Of a DNA stretch of 64,000 nt, positions 26,886 to 36,452 are shown in pieces. The position numbers were made by a program, and so were the translations under genes. The notes below the pieces were generated by a model. That model searched no databases, was not told where the DNA came from, and saw only the letters and a program-made list of their open reading frames with translations. This DNA is from Candidatus Saccharimonadales bacterium. GTDB taxonomy: Bacteria; Patescibacteriota; Saccharimonadia; Saccharimonadales; JBBQAJ01. Within the stretch, counting starts at the first letter, position 1; every line of letters starts with the position of its first letter. The DNA lies in NCBI GenBank assembly GCA_038316195.1, contig JBBQAJ010000004.1, positions 5,199-69,198 on the forward strand, read 5' to 3'.

Positions 26886-27523
26886 TTAAGGCAGTTATCT
26901 TTGATCTTGATGGAACATTACTTGATAGTGAAAAATTAGTGATTGGAGCTTATAGGCATGTGTTTGCTAAATACGGCATGGAATTTGATGAAAAAATTAT
27001 TAGAACATACATTGGTAGAACATTAGAACATACTTATGGTCGATTGATTCCAAGTAAAGATTCAAAAAATTTAGCAATTTTGCATCGTGATTGGCAAATA
27101 GAAAGAATACATATTGCCAAAGGCTATAGTGGACTTAGGATTTTTCTAGAAACACTATCTAATAAAGGGCTCAAATTGGGAATTTTTACAAGTTCTTCAA
27201 GGATGAGAGTTAACGCAATTTTTAATTCCCTTGAACTAAGCAAGTTTTTTGATGTAGTTTTATGTGGTGATGAAGTTATTAACGCAAAGCCACATCACGA
27301 AGGAGTTTCTAAGGTTATGAATCAATTAAATGTTCTGCCAAATGAGACGATCATGGTTGGGGATGCCGAGCACGATATATTGAGTGGTAAAAATGCTGGC
27401 TCAACTACTATTGGTATAACGCATGGCTTTGGCACTAAACAGTCTTTAAAAGATGCCGGGGCTGATTATTTGGTTAACGATCTTAAAGAACTGCTGATAT
27501 TAATACAAAAAATGATTAAATAA
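26882..27523 (+). CDS. HAD-family hydrolase (PGP/PpaX-like)
   Basis: AVIFDLDGTLLDS, FTSSS and VGDAEHD motifs. The start overlaps the orn stop (ATGA). Confidence 0.85.
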   Translation: MIKAVIFDLDGTLLDSEKLVIGAYRHVFAKYGMEFDEKIIRTYIGRTLEHTYGRLIPSKDSKNLAILHRDWQIERIHIAKGYSGLRIFLETLSNKGLKLGIFTSSSRMRVNAIFNSLELSKFFDVVLCGDEVINAKPHHEGVSKVMNQLNVLPNETIMVGDAEHDILSGKNAGSTTIGITHGFGTKQSLKDAGADYLVNDLKELLILIQKMIK

Positions 27524-27777
27524 AACGGTTTTGGATATATTTTTTACAGATCTAAATGAGTGTGCAATCATTTTTTATTCTGGGTAGTTAATTAGAATAT
27601 TGGTTGTTTTAAATTATTCATTGCAATCTATGTCGCGTTATTAATAATATAAGCTGGAATTATCAAACATTACATTGTAGCAATACGCTGATAGCCAATT
27701 TGAAGTATCCCAGAATATCATTCAGAGGTTTAACACTTTTAATATCGATTTAGGCGTCAACTGGTACAATTATTTTA

Positions 27778-28137
27778 ATGAATCATAAACAAGTAGAAGA
27801 ATATGTGCTCAGTATGCCGAATGCATGGATGGATTTTCCATTTGGGGAAGAGGTTGCAGTTTATAAAATAAAAGAAAAAATGTTTGCGCTAATGCCGGAG
27901 GGAAAAGATCCAGTGAGTATAAGTTTAAAGTGTGACCCAAAACTATCTGAAATTTTAAGAGAAAAATTTGAAACTGTGTCGCAGGGGTACCATTTGAATA
28001 AAAAACACTGGATAACGGTGATTCTGACAGGACAATTGCCATTTGAAGAAATTCAAGGATTAATACTGCATTCGTATAATTTGGTTAGTGGTGAGGGCGA
28101 CCAGTCTGTGCCTGAATTAAACTACTCTTCAAAGTAA
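27778..28137 (+). CDS. MmcQ/YjbR-family protein
   Basis: VEEYVLSMPNAWMDFPFGEEVAVYKIKEKMFAL...ISLKCDP...HLNKKHWITV pattern. Confidence 0.8.
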   Translation: MNHKQVEEYVLSMPNAWMDFPFGEEVAVYKIKEKMFALMPEGKDPVSISLKCDPKLSEILREKFETVSQGYHLNKKHWITVILTGQLPFEEIQGLILHSYNLVSGEGDQSVPELNYSSK

Positions 28138-28164
28138 TTACTTATGTATTATTCGGTTCTATTA

Positions 28165-28875
28165 CTATTTAGATTCTTCATTTTTACCAATCAGAACGCT
28201 TATCGCATTGTAATTTTTGGATAAAGTATCTTTCGATTTGGTGTTAGTGCTTGCATTGTAGACATTTTTGAGCGATTTTTGATATTTTGCCAGATTGGCA
28301 GACATAAGTTTGATAAATTCCTCGTCAAAATTATTTGATTGGTCTGCACTTGTTAGGGCAGAGTCGGTTTTGGGATCTGCACCAGCTGCTATTTTTTTAG
28401 GATCAGTTATAGCTCGAGCTTTTTTAGCCAATGCAAGCAGCCCTGGTTGTTGTGAAGTTAGACTTAATTTTGAAGTTATGGCTAGGTTTTTTGCCGTTGA
28501 TTGGCGAGATTTTTGTATCCCAATATCGCTAACTCTTATAAGCTCAGCTTGTTGTTGTACCAGATCAGAATAATCATTTTTTAAAGACGTTGAATCACTA
28601 TTAAAAAGTGAAAAAGCAACCAGTCCAATAATGAAAAGTATAACTACACCTAAACTGATCACGATTAATCTACTAATAAGGGAATTTCCACCTGGGAATA
28701 ATCTTTTCTTAGTCGGAGTTGTCGGATTGGTTATAAATTCATATGGATTATTTTGGGCGGTGATTGGTTGCATTGGTGGTGGCGCTGGTGGAGCTAGAGG
28801 TTGCGAATCAGAATTGTCACTAGTTTGATCACTATCTTTTTTTAGCAGAAGTCCGGCTAATTTTTCGTTAGGCAT
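28165..28875 (-). CDS. hypothetical single-pass membrane protein
   Basis: Pro-rich N-terminus, one TM segment (LIVISLGVVILFIIGLVAF) and an extracytoplasmic helical domain. ATG 28875 is preferred because TACAAT lies 7 nt upstream. The ORF track uses TTG 28920. Confidence 0.55.
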   Translation of the reverse strand: MPNEKLAGLLLKKDSDQTSDNSDSQPLAPPAPPPMQPITAQNNPYEFITNPTTPTKKRLFPGGNSLISRLIVISLGVVILFIIGLVAFSLFNSDSTSLKNDYSDLVQQQAELIRVSDIGIQKSRQSTAKNLAITSKLSLTSQQPGLLALAKKARAITDPKKIAAGADPKTDSALTSADQSNNFDEEFIKLMSANLAKYQKSLKNVYNASTNTKSKDTLSKNYNAISVLIGKNEESK

Positions 28876-29094
28876 AAGCAATATTGTAACAGCCAAATGC
28901 ACAGACCTGAAAATAGCCAATATAGATAATTGTCAATTCAGTACAATCACGACACAATAGAGCTTGTTTTAATATTTGTAGAAGACGCACTAATTGCCCT
29001 TGTCGTGGTTATTGCACCTAAGGAACAAGCACTTGTCTGTTTTATGTAATTGCTTGTGTATAGAGTCTAGTGCGTAGCGTACAATTATACTGTT

Positions 29095-30849
29095 ATGGAT
29101 GCAGTTGATGAGGTAAAAAATCGGTTAAATATAGAAGATATCATAGGTGAATATGTTCAACTTAAACGATCAGGTCGAAATTTTAAAGGTTCAAGCCCGT
29201 TTAATGATGAAAAAACACCTAGCTTTGTAGTTAGTCCAGAAAAGCAAATATGGCATGATTTTTCGTCTGGAAAGGGTGGAAATGTGTTTAGTTTTGTCAT
29301 GGAAATGGAAGGATTGGATTTTAGAGCTACTTTGGAACTTCTAGCACGTAAAGCTGGCGTAGATCTTGAACAGTATGGAAATAGAACAGCTGGCAATACA
29401 AAACTTAAAGAACGATTGTATCAAGCTCTGGAAATGGCTTCAAAATTTTACCAAGTTCAGTTCAGCAAAAATAAAACAGCGTTGGACTATGTACTAAAAG
29501 ATCGTAAATTTAGCAAAGAAACTGCTCTTAAGTTTCGCTTGGGATACAGTCCAAACAATGGATCTGCACTTATAGATTTTCTCTTAAGAAATAAATTTAC
29601 AAACGAAGAAATACAAAAATCAGGTTTATCTGTAAGACGTTACAATGGAGCAAACGATATGTTTCGAGGACGATTAATGATACCTCTTCAAGATGCACAA
29701 GGTAGAGTTATTGGGTTTACGGCTAGACAATTAGATGATGATAAAAATTCACCCAAATATATAAATACTCCCCAAACATTGCTGTATGATAAATCACGAC
29801 ATGTTTATGGCTTACATTTGGCAAAAGACTCGATTAGAAAACAAAATTTTGCTGTTTTAGTGGAGGGCAACCTGGATGTAATTTCAAGTCATCAAGCAGA
29901 CGTGACAAATGTTGTTGCTACAGCCGGGACTGCTTTAACGGAGCCACACCTAAAAACAATAAGTCGTTTTTCGGGGGATGTACGTTTGGCATTTGATTCA
30001 GATAAAGCAGGACTAGCAGCAACAGAAAGAGCAATTCCTATCGCCAGTAGAGTTAAAGTATCCTTGAGTATAATAACCATTTCTAGTGGTAAAGACCCAG
30101 ATGATTTGATAAAAAAAGATCCAAAATTATGGGAAAAAGCGATTGCGGACAAGCAATATGCTTTAGATTGGCTAATTAAACGTTATCAAAATAAACTAGA
30201 TCTTGGAACCGGGCAAGGCAAAAGGCAATTCAGCGACATTCTAATTCCCACTATACGAGGCCTTCAAGATGCCGTTGAACAAGATCATTATTTACAAGTT
30301 ATTTCTAAATTAACTGGTATCAGAGTCGAAGCATTAGACACCAAATTATCACTTGACGAGGTGCCTAAAAGATTAAAAATAAACCAGAGTAAAAGGAGTG
30401 TTCAAACTGACCAAATGCAGTTGGAATGGGCAAAGACACAAGATCATTTGTTGTCGCTTGCTCTAATGAGACCGTATTTGCGAGATCAATTAGAAATGAT
30501 TGATCCCGAAATGATGCCTCAAGAGACTGCTAGAACTTTGCTTACCTTTTTACAGTCTAACCCTGAATTTGAGGGCGAGTTGGCAAAAGCACCTCTGTTG
30601 CATGATATTGTAGACTATGTTAAAATAGTGGCACTACAATACGAGGCGTTATTTATTGATCTCGACGAGCACGAAGCACGTTATACGGCCAATCGACTCC
30701 GGATCCGCCTCATAGATATGTTTGTCAAAACCAAAAAATCACAAATTGGCGAAGCTATGAAAGATGCAGATGAAGAAATGAACAATAAATTACTTGAGCG
30801 CGCCAAAACATTAGATAGATTATTAAACACCAGTCAGGAGACTTTTTAA
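29095..30849 (+). CDS. dnaG: DNA primase
   Basis: ZBD-like N-terminus (EKTPSF...KGGN.FSF), RNAP domain and TOPRIM (VEGNLDVIS...DSDKAG). 584 aa. Confidence 0.92.
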   Translation: MDAVDEVKNRLNIEDIIGEYVQLKRSGRNFKGSSPFNDEKTPSFVVSPEKQIWHDFSSGKGGNVFSFVMEMEGLDFRATLELLARKAGVDLEQYGNRTAGNTKLKERLYQALEMASKFYQVQFSKNKTALDYVLKDRKFSKETALKFRLGYSPNNGSALIDFLLRNKFTNEEIQKSGLSVRRYNGANDMFRGRLMIPLQDAQGRVIGFTARQLDDDKNSPKYINTPQTLLYDKSRHVYGLHLAKDSIRKQNFAVLVEGNLDVISSHQADVTNVVATAGTALTEPHLKTISRFSGDVRLAFDSDKAGLAATERAIPIASRVKVSLSIITISSGKDPDDLIKKDPKLWEKAIADKQYALDWLIKRYQNKLDLGTGQGKRQFSDILIPTIRGLQDAVEQDHYLQVISKLTGIRVEALDTKLSLDEVPKRLKINQSKRSVQTDQMQLEWAKTQDHLLSLALMRPYLRDQLEMIDPEMMPQETARTLLTFLQSNPEFEGELAKAPLLHDIVDYVKIVALQYEALFIDLDEHEARYTANRLRIRLIDMFVKTKKSQIGEAMKDADEEMNNKLLERAKTLDRLLNTSQETF

Positions 30850-31971
30850 ATGGCAGATGAACCACAAATTACAGATGAAAGTGTTATTTCAGATTTGGAA
30901 CAAGCCAAAACAGACTTAGTTACTAAAGCAAAAAAAGACAAAAAAATTGATCAACGTGAAATTTTCAAAGCAATATCTGACACTCCTGAACACGTAGACA
31001 TTCTTGATCAACTATATACCGAACTCGCTGATGCAAGTATACCTATAACTGGAGTTGAGCCTAGCACTGTAGGTGGTGATTCTTGGACGGCAGATGACGA
31101 CGAAGAAATTGTTATTGATGAAAAAGTTTACTTAGATGACATTGCAGATGACTCAGTGCGATTGTATTTGCGTGAAATAGGTAAGATTCCTCTTCTGACT
31201 TCACCTGAAGAACTTGCGCTTGCAAATGAAGTTGTTGCTGGCGTAAAAGGTGCTAAAGACAAAATGGCTGAAGCGAACATGAGACTGGTTGTTAGTATTG
31301 CAAAACGATATGTAGGGCGTGGATTAGATTTATTGGATCTAATACAAGAGGGAAATACTGGATTGCTAAGAGCTGTAGAAAAATTTGATCCTGACAAAGG
31401 ATTTAAATTTAGCACATACGCTACATGGTGGATTCGACAGGCTATAACGCGAGCTATTGCCGACCAGGCACGTACTATACGTATACCAGTACATATGGTA
31501 GAAACTATCAACAAATTACTTAGAACACAACGACGATTAACCCAAGAACTAAATCGAGAACCATCCAACGAAGAAATTGCCAAAGAAATGGAAATTGACG
31601 TTGAAAAAGTAGAACATATAATGAAAATCAAACAAGATATATCAAGTTTGGATGCATCTGTTAGAGATGACGAAGAAGATAGTGTCCTGGCTGATTTCAT
31701 TGAAGATGAAGACACAATTTCCCCAGAAGAGTCGGCAACAAATCAACTACTTAAAGAACATGTAAAAGACATGTTGGGTGCTCTAACAGAGCGTGAACAA
31801 AAGATATTGAAACTTCGTTTTGGTTTAGAGGATGGCAAAAGCCACACGCTTGAAGAAGTTGGACAAGAGTTTAGCGTCACGCGTGAACGAATACGACAAA
31901 TAGAGGCTAAGGCATTAGCAAAACTTCGAAAGCACAAAGATTCCAAAAAACTACACGACTATATCAAATAA
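30850..31971 (+). CDS. rpoD: RNA polymerase sigma factor RpoD
   Basis: Region 2 ([32 protein letters not shown]) and region 4 ([20 protein letters not shown]). ATG lies directly after the dnaG stop. Confidence 0.95.
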   Translation: MADEPQITDESVISDLEQAKTDLVTKAKKDKKIDQREIFKAISDTPEHVDILDQLYTELADASIPITGVEPSTVGGDSWTADDDEEIVIDEKVYLDDIADDSVRLYLREIGKIPLLTSPEELALANEVVAGVKGAKDKMAEANMRLVVSIAKRYVGRGLDLLDLIQEGNTGLLRAVEKFDPDKGFKFSTYATWWIRQAITRAIADQARTIRIPVHMVETINKLLRTQRRLTQELNREPSNEEIAKEMEIDVEKVEHIMKIKQDISSLDASVRDDEEDSVLADFIEDEDTISPEESATNQLLKEHVKDMLGALTEREQKILKLRFGLEDGKSHTLEEVGQEFSVTRERIRQIEAKALAKLRKHKDSKKLHDYIK

Positions 31972-32009
31972 ACGCCCATCATTTTCATGCGAGTCACCAA
32001 CTAGGTATT

Positions 32010-32033
32010 TACAAGCAGTTAAAAATGCTTGTA
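32010..32033 (+). terminator. hairpin downstream of rpoD (weak terminator)
   Basis: Perfect 8-bp stem TACAAGCA/TGCTTGTA with an 8-nt loop. The T tract after it is poor (TTGGT). Confidence 0.35.
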
Positions 32034-32107
32034 TTGGTAAAAATGTCTCGACAGTAAGCGATTCGCAACGGGTGGCATTTAACATTTTGTTGATACAATA
32101 GGGTTAT

Positions 32108-32668
32108 ATGATGATTATTGGATTGGCAGGTACACATGCAAGTGGCAAAGATACTTTGGCAGATTATTTGTCGAAAAAACATGGTTTTTATCATGTTTCT
32201 ACTGGGGATATCGTACGCGAAGTTGCCATCGGTAAGTATGGATCTGTAGAACGACCAGTATTGTATAAAACTGCAAATGAAATTCGAACTGAATTTGGCC
32301 ATGGCGCAACGGGTTACATGGCATTGGATAAATTTGAAAAAGTAAAAGATGAGTATAAGGGACTAGTCGTGAGTGGCTTTAGGGCAATTGCAGAAGCCCA
32401 AGCTGTCAAAGACAGAGGGGGTATATTAGTATTTATCGACGCGCCTGAGCGAATTAGATTTGAGCGACTTAGGGATCGAGCCAGAGTAGAAGAAGGAGAT
32501 TTGAGTTTTGAAGAATTTAAAAAACGAGAAGATGCTGAAAATGGTGGCATAGATCCTGCATTTGATATAAGTGCTATTAAATCTATTTCAGACTACGTTA
32601 TAACCAACGAAGCTAACGACAAAGCTGGTTTTATTGAAGAAGTTGTAAAAACACTCGGATTAAGCTAA
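32108..32668 (+). CDS. P-loop nucleotide/nucleoside kinase-like protein (CoaE/dNK-like)
   Basis: Walker A GLAGTHASGKDT at the N-terminus, 186 aa. The specific substrate is not inferable. Confidence 0.5.
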   Translation: MMIIGLAGTHASGKDTLADYLSKKHGFYHVSTGDIVREVAIGKYGSVERPVLYKTANEIRTEFGHGATGYMALDKFEKVKDEYKGLVVSGFRAIAEAQAVKDRGGILVFIDAPERIRFERLRDRARVEEGDLSFEEFKKREDAENGGIDPAFDISAIKSISDYVITNEANDKAGFIEEVVKTLGLS

Positions 32669-32695
32669 GTATTGAAATTTTAATTAGAAATAATT

Positions 32696-33352
32696 CTATG
32701 TACCCAAAACACTTACTGATCTTGCAATAAGTAACGCGAGAGTGAATACGGAGATTAACGCCTGAGTCGCCATAAGCATTTTAGCTTCCAAACTAACTGG
32801 TTTTGCATCAGCAGGTGCAAAATTTACTGCATTTGTAATAGAAAGATATAAATAATCTCCAAACTTTGGCTTCCATTCCGGAAAATCTTTAGTCAAATTT
32901 TGTTGGGTAAAATGAAAATCTTTATCGTTTTTTGACCATCTCGAGTTTGTTAATCCAGGGCTGTCTATTTCCCAATACCAGAGTGAAAAAATAATAATAT
33001 TAGTCAAAAATATTGTAAGAGCTGAAGCGAGTAATTGTTTTGCATTTAATGAACCGTGACCGACAATCAATGAATTTAACACAAACACAATACCGGTCAC
33101 GTTAGCGACCGAAATTAATCCCAATAGACCTATTGCAAATACACGATGTATATCCCACGAATGAACGCCACGAATTTTTATACTAAATGCTAACAATGTT
33201 GCAAGAACTAGTTCTGTAAATATAATGAAATAGTGCGCACCTGGTACAACATTAGCACCAAAACGAGCTGTTAAAATTTGTAAACTTAATGCACCTAATA
33301 GAGCAAACAGGGCTTGAAAAATTTCTGATTCGCTAACATTATATTGTTTCAT
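32696..33352 (-). CDS. integral membrane protein, DUF1345-like
   Basis: Multi-TM protein. The C-terminal FGDYLYLSITNAVNFAPADAKPVS...ALISVFTLALLIARSV resembles DUF1345. ATG 33352 is preferred because TACACT lies 6 nt upstream. The ORF track uses GTG 33385. Confidence 0.5.
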   Translation of the reverse strand: MKQYNVSESEIFQALFALLGALSLQILTARFGANVVPGAHYFIIFTELVLATLLAFSIKIRGVHSWDIHRVFAIGLLGLISVANVTGIVFVLNSLIVGHGSLNAKQLLASALTIFLTNIIIFSLWYWEIDSPGLTNSRWSKNDKDFHFTQQNLTKDFPEWKPKFGDYLYLSITNAVNFAPADAKPVSLEAKMLMATQALISVFTLALLIARSVSVLGT

Positions 33353-33421
33353 TAATTCAGTGTAACACTTTGAAACTATAACCACTTATATTTCTATCTC
33401 TCTGGCGTATACTATTGTTAA

Positions 33422-36064
33422 ATGGCGGAGCGAAAAAGATTAGCAATTATTGATGGAAAATCGGTATTTTATCGTGGCTACTACGCCATGCCAAATTTGA
33501 GTACTAAAGACGGCACTCCAACTGGTGGTGTATTTGGGTTTGCCACAATGGCTCTAGAAGTTATAAGACGACTCAATCCAGATTTTGTTTGTGTTGCGTG
33601 GGACAAACCCAAAACAAATATACGCAAACGATTGGCAATATATCCTGAATACAAAGCAGGGCGTAAACCACCCCCACCAGATTTTTATGAACAAATTCCT
33701 GTTCTTCATGATTTATTAGAAGCATTTGGATGGCCATTGTATGAATTAGATGATTACGAAGCAGACGATATCATGGGTACATTGGCTATACAGGCAACAG
33801 CGCAAGATATTGAAACCATGCTCATAACCTCTGACCTTGACATGCTTCAAATGGTAGATTGGCACGTGAGTGTGTATGCGCTCAAAAAAGGTTTAAGCAA
33901 CATTGAGCTTTATCATCCAGAAAGCTTTGAGGCCAAATACGGAATAAATGCTTCGCAATTTTTGGACCTCAAGGCCTTAAAAGGGGACAGTTCAGATAAT
34001 ATCCCAGGGGTTCCGGGAATTGGGGAAAAAGGTGCAGTCGAACTACTAAAAGCATATGGCACTTTGGACGCGATATATGATAATTTAGTTTTGATCAAAG
34101 ATTCTACTCGCAAAAAACTAGAAGTAGGTAAAGACCTAGCTTACATGAGTAAAAAACTTGCTAGTATATGGACCGATGCGCCAATAAAACTAGACTTAAC
34201 AGATGTAGATGGTACTAAAGCAGACCCTTTACGTATTCGTGATATTTTACAAAAACTAGAGTTTCGAAGCCTAGTCAGACAGTTGCCAGATGTGATGCAA
34301 ATGTCTGGAACGCCACAGCCATCTCATGTTCCTGAGACTGTTACAATTGGTAAGCAAGAGATTATCAACACAGAAAAAAAGCTTAATGAAATTCCAATCA
34401 AAAATGCAAAAAAGTTATATTTACATAGTTATAGTGCTGGCAAGCATGGTAAGAAGCCATTATTTTTAGCATTGAGTGAGGATGCAGAAATTACGTACGT
34501 GCTGGATATTTCCAGTCTAAAAAACAAAATTTCTAAAAAATTATCAGAAATTATAACAAATAATACTCGTATCATTGGACACGATATAAAAGCTACATTG
34601 CAAATATTATTAGGTCTAGGTGTTGAAATCCCAAAAATTGAACACGACATTCAGGTTGGTGCTTTTTTGATAAATTCACTTAGGCGAGAACTTTCAATTA
34701 CTGAACTTGCAACAACGGATCTTGGTTTTGAGGGTAAAGGTTTTGAAGATCTCTTACCAGAGGAAATGGCTACAAGTGAAGCTGAAATAATAGCTTTTAT
34801 AAAAACCCTACACGAACAACAAACAATCGCTCTAGAAAAAACACCAAAATTGGCTAAGTTAGCTAAAGAAATTGAATTTCCTGTGATTGAGGTGATAGCA
34901 AGAATGGAGTATGAAGGAGTTCTACTGGACACTGGTTATTTGGGTGTCATGGCAGAACAATTAAACGATGCTGTTAGTGATCTTGAACAACAAATTTATG
35001 GTTATGCAAACCAGGAGTTTAACATTGCTTCACCTGCTCAACTTGCAGATATTTTGTTCAATAAACTCAAACTGCCGACCGGTGGCATTAAAAAAGGAAA
35101 AACTGGTTATTCAACAGCTGCAAGTGAACTTATAAAGTTGCGTGAAATACATCCAATTATAGACTTTATCACTCAATTTAGGGAAGTTACAAAACTCAAA
35201 AATACATATGTGGATACATTGCCAAATCAAGTTGATGAAAATTCTAGAGTTCACACAACCTTTGCTATGACAGTAGCTCAAACTGGCCGCCTAAGTTCAA
35301 ATGACCCAAATTTACAAAATATACCAGTCAAAACAGATCTTGGTAGGCAAATTCGAACTGCCTTTGTAGCAGGAAAAGGAAAAATGTTTGTTAATGCTGA
35401 TTATTCCCAGTTTGAGTTACGAATTGCTGCCCATTTGTCGAATGATCAACGACTTATTGATATGTTTAATAGGGATGAAGATGTTCATTTAGCTACTGCT
35501 GCCGAGGTCTATGATAGAAGTCCAGAAGATGTTACTAAAAACATGCGCAGGGAAGCAAAAGTAATCAACTTTGGGATTATGTATGGTGTTGGTGCTCATG
35601 GGTTGGTTCAACAAACCAGTATGAACTATGATCAAGCTAAGCATTTTATTACCAAGTACTTTGAAATACGTCCAAAGCTTAAGGCTTATATTGATTCAGT
35701 CAAAGACCAGGCCAGTAATGATGGCTATGTAGAAACCTTGTTTGGAAGACGTAGGCCTACGCCTGATGTCCATTCGACCAACTTTGCAGTGAGGGAAGCA
35801 GCTTTCCGTGCTGCCATAAATGTACCATTTCAGGGAACTGCAGCCGATATAATGAAGATGGCTATGATAGATGTAGACAAACAACTCCGGAGTGATACAT
35901 GCAAAATATTGCTACAAATTCATGACTCACTAATCTTAGAATGCAATGAATCAGAAAGCGATGATGTTGCAACAAAACTAAAAGAAATCATGGAAAATGT
36001 GTGTAATTTACCAGTTAAATTGACTGTTGACACAAGCTCTGGAAAAAATTGGGGCAATCTTTAA
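33422..36064 (+). CDS. polA: DNA polymerase I
   Basis: 5' nuclease domain (GDSSDNIPGVPGIGEK) and polymerase motifs DYSQFELRIAAHLS, RREAKVINFGIMYG and QIHDSLILE. The central 3'-5' exo motifs look degenerate: LHSYSA sits in place of DxE. Confidence 0.95.
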   Translation: MAERKRLAIIDGKSVFYRGYYAMPNLSTKDGTPTGGVFGFATMALEVIRRLNPDFVCVAWDKPKTNIRKRLAIYPEYKAGRKPPPPDFYEQIPVLHDLLEAFGWPLYELDDYEADDIMGTLAIQATAQDIETMLITSDLDMLQMVDWHVSVYALKKGLSNIELYHPESFEAKYGINASQFLDLKALKGDSSDNIPGVPGIGEKGAVELLKAYGTLDAIYDNLVLIKDSTRKKLEVGKDLAYMSKKLASIWTDAPIKLDLTDVDGTKADPLRIRDILQKLEFRSLVRQLPDVMQMSGTPQPSHVPETVTIGKQEIINTEKKLNEIPIKNAKKLYLHSYSAGKHGKKPLFLALSEDAEITYVLDISSLKNKISKKLSEIITNNTRIIGHDIKATLQILLGLGVEIPKIEHDIQVGAFLINSLRRELSITELATTDLGFEGKGFEDLLPEEMATSEAEIIAFIKTLHEQQTIALEKTPKLAKLAKEIEFPVIEVIARMEYEGVLLDTGYLGVMAEQLNDAVSDLEQQIYGYANQEFNIASPAQLADILFNKLKLPTGGIKKGKTGYSTAASELIKLREIHPIIDFITQFREVTKLKNTYVDTLPNQVDENSRVHTTFAMTVAQTGRLSSNDPNLQNIPVKTDLGRQIRTAFVAGKGKMFVNADYSQFELRIAAHLSNDQRLIDMFNRDEDVHLATAAEVYDRSPEDVTKNMRREAKVINFGIMYGVGAHGLVQQTSMNYDQAKHFITKYFEIRPKLKAYIDSVKDQASNDGYVETLFGRRRPTPDVHSTNFAVREAAFRAAINVPFQGTAADIMKMAMIDVDKQLRSDTCKILLQIHDSLILECNESESDDVATKLKEIMENVCNLPVKLTVDTSSGKNWGNL

Positions 36065-36452
36065 TGTCTGATGAGAGCCTCAAAGTTTTAAAACTAATCT
36101 CATTTAATAGTATCTGGAGTGATGTTCTTATTTTTTGCTAAGTGGTTTGTGCCTACTTTTAATCTTTCAATATTTTTCAATTTAATAATTGCAGTTTCTT
36201 GCGCTGGATTTTTATTACTGTTCTTAACATATTTTTTGCCACTCCAACTATTTCGCAATTTGTGATAATTATGTCTTTAATTTTTCAACTTTGTTCTGAA
36301 GTGGTTTTCTCATCGATGAAAAAAGCAAATATATACCTGCTAAATATTCAGGCAGTCTATTTTTTTATTGTTTGATTTATCAATATTATCTGCAACATAC
36401 ATTAGATAGCATACAAGTATAGCTGTATAATAGTGGGGCAACTAGTAGATTT

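Noticed and set aside
33900-34950. Degenerate 3'-5' exonuclease motifs in PolA as a novelty.
   Set aside because: Loss of proofreading residues in the PolA central domain is common (for example the Bacillus and Thermus types). I noted it in the feature evidence only.
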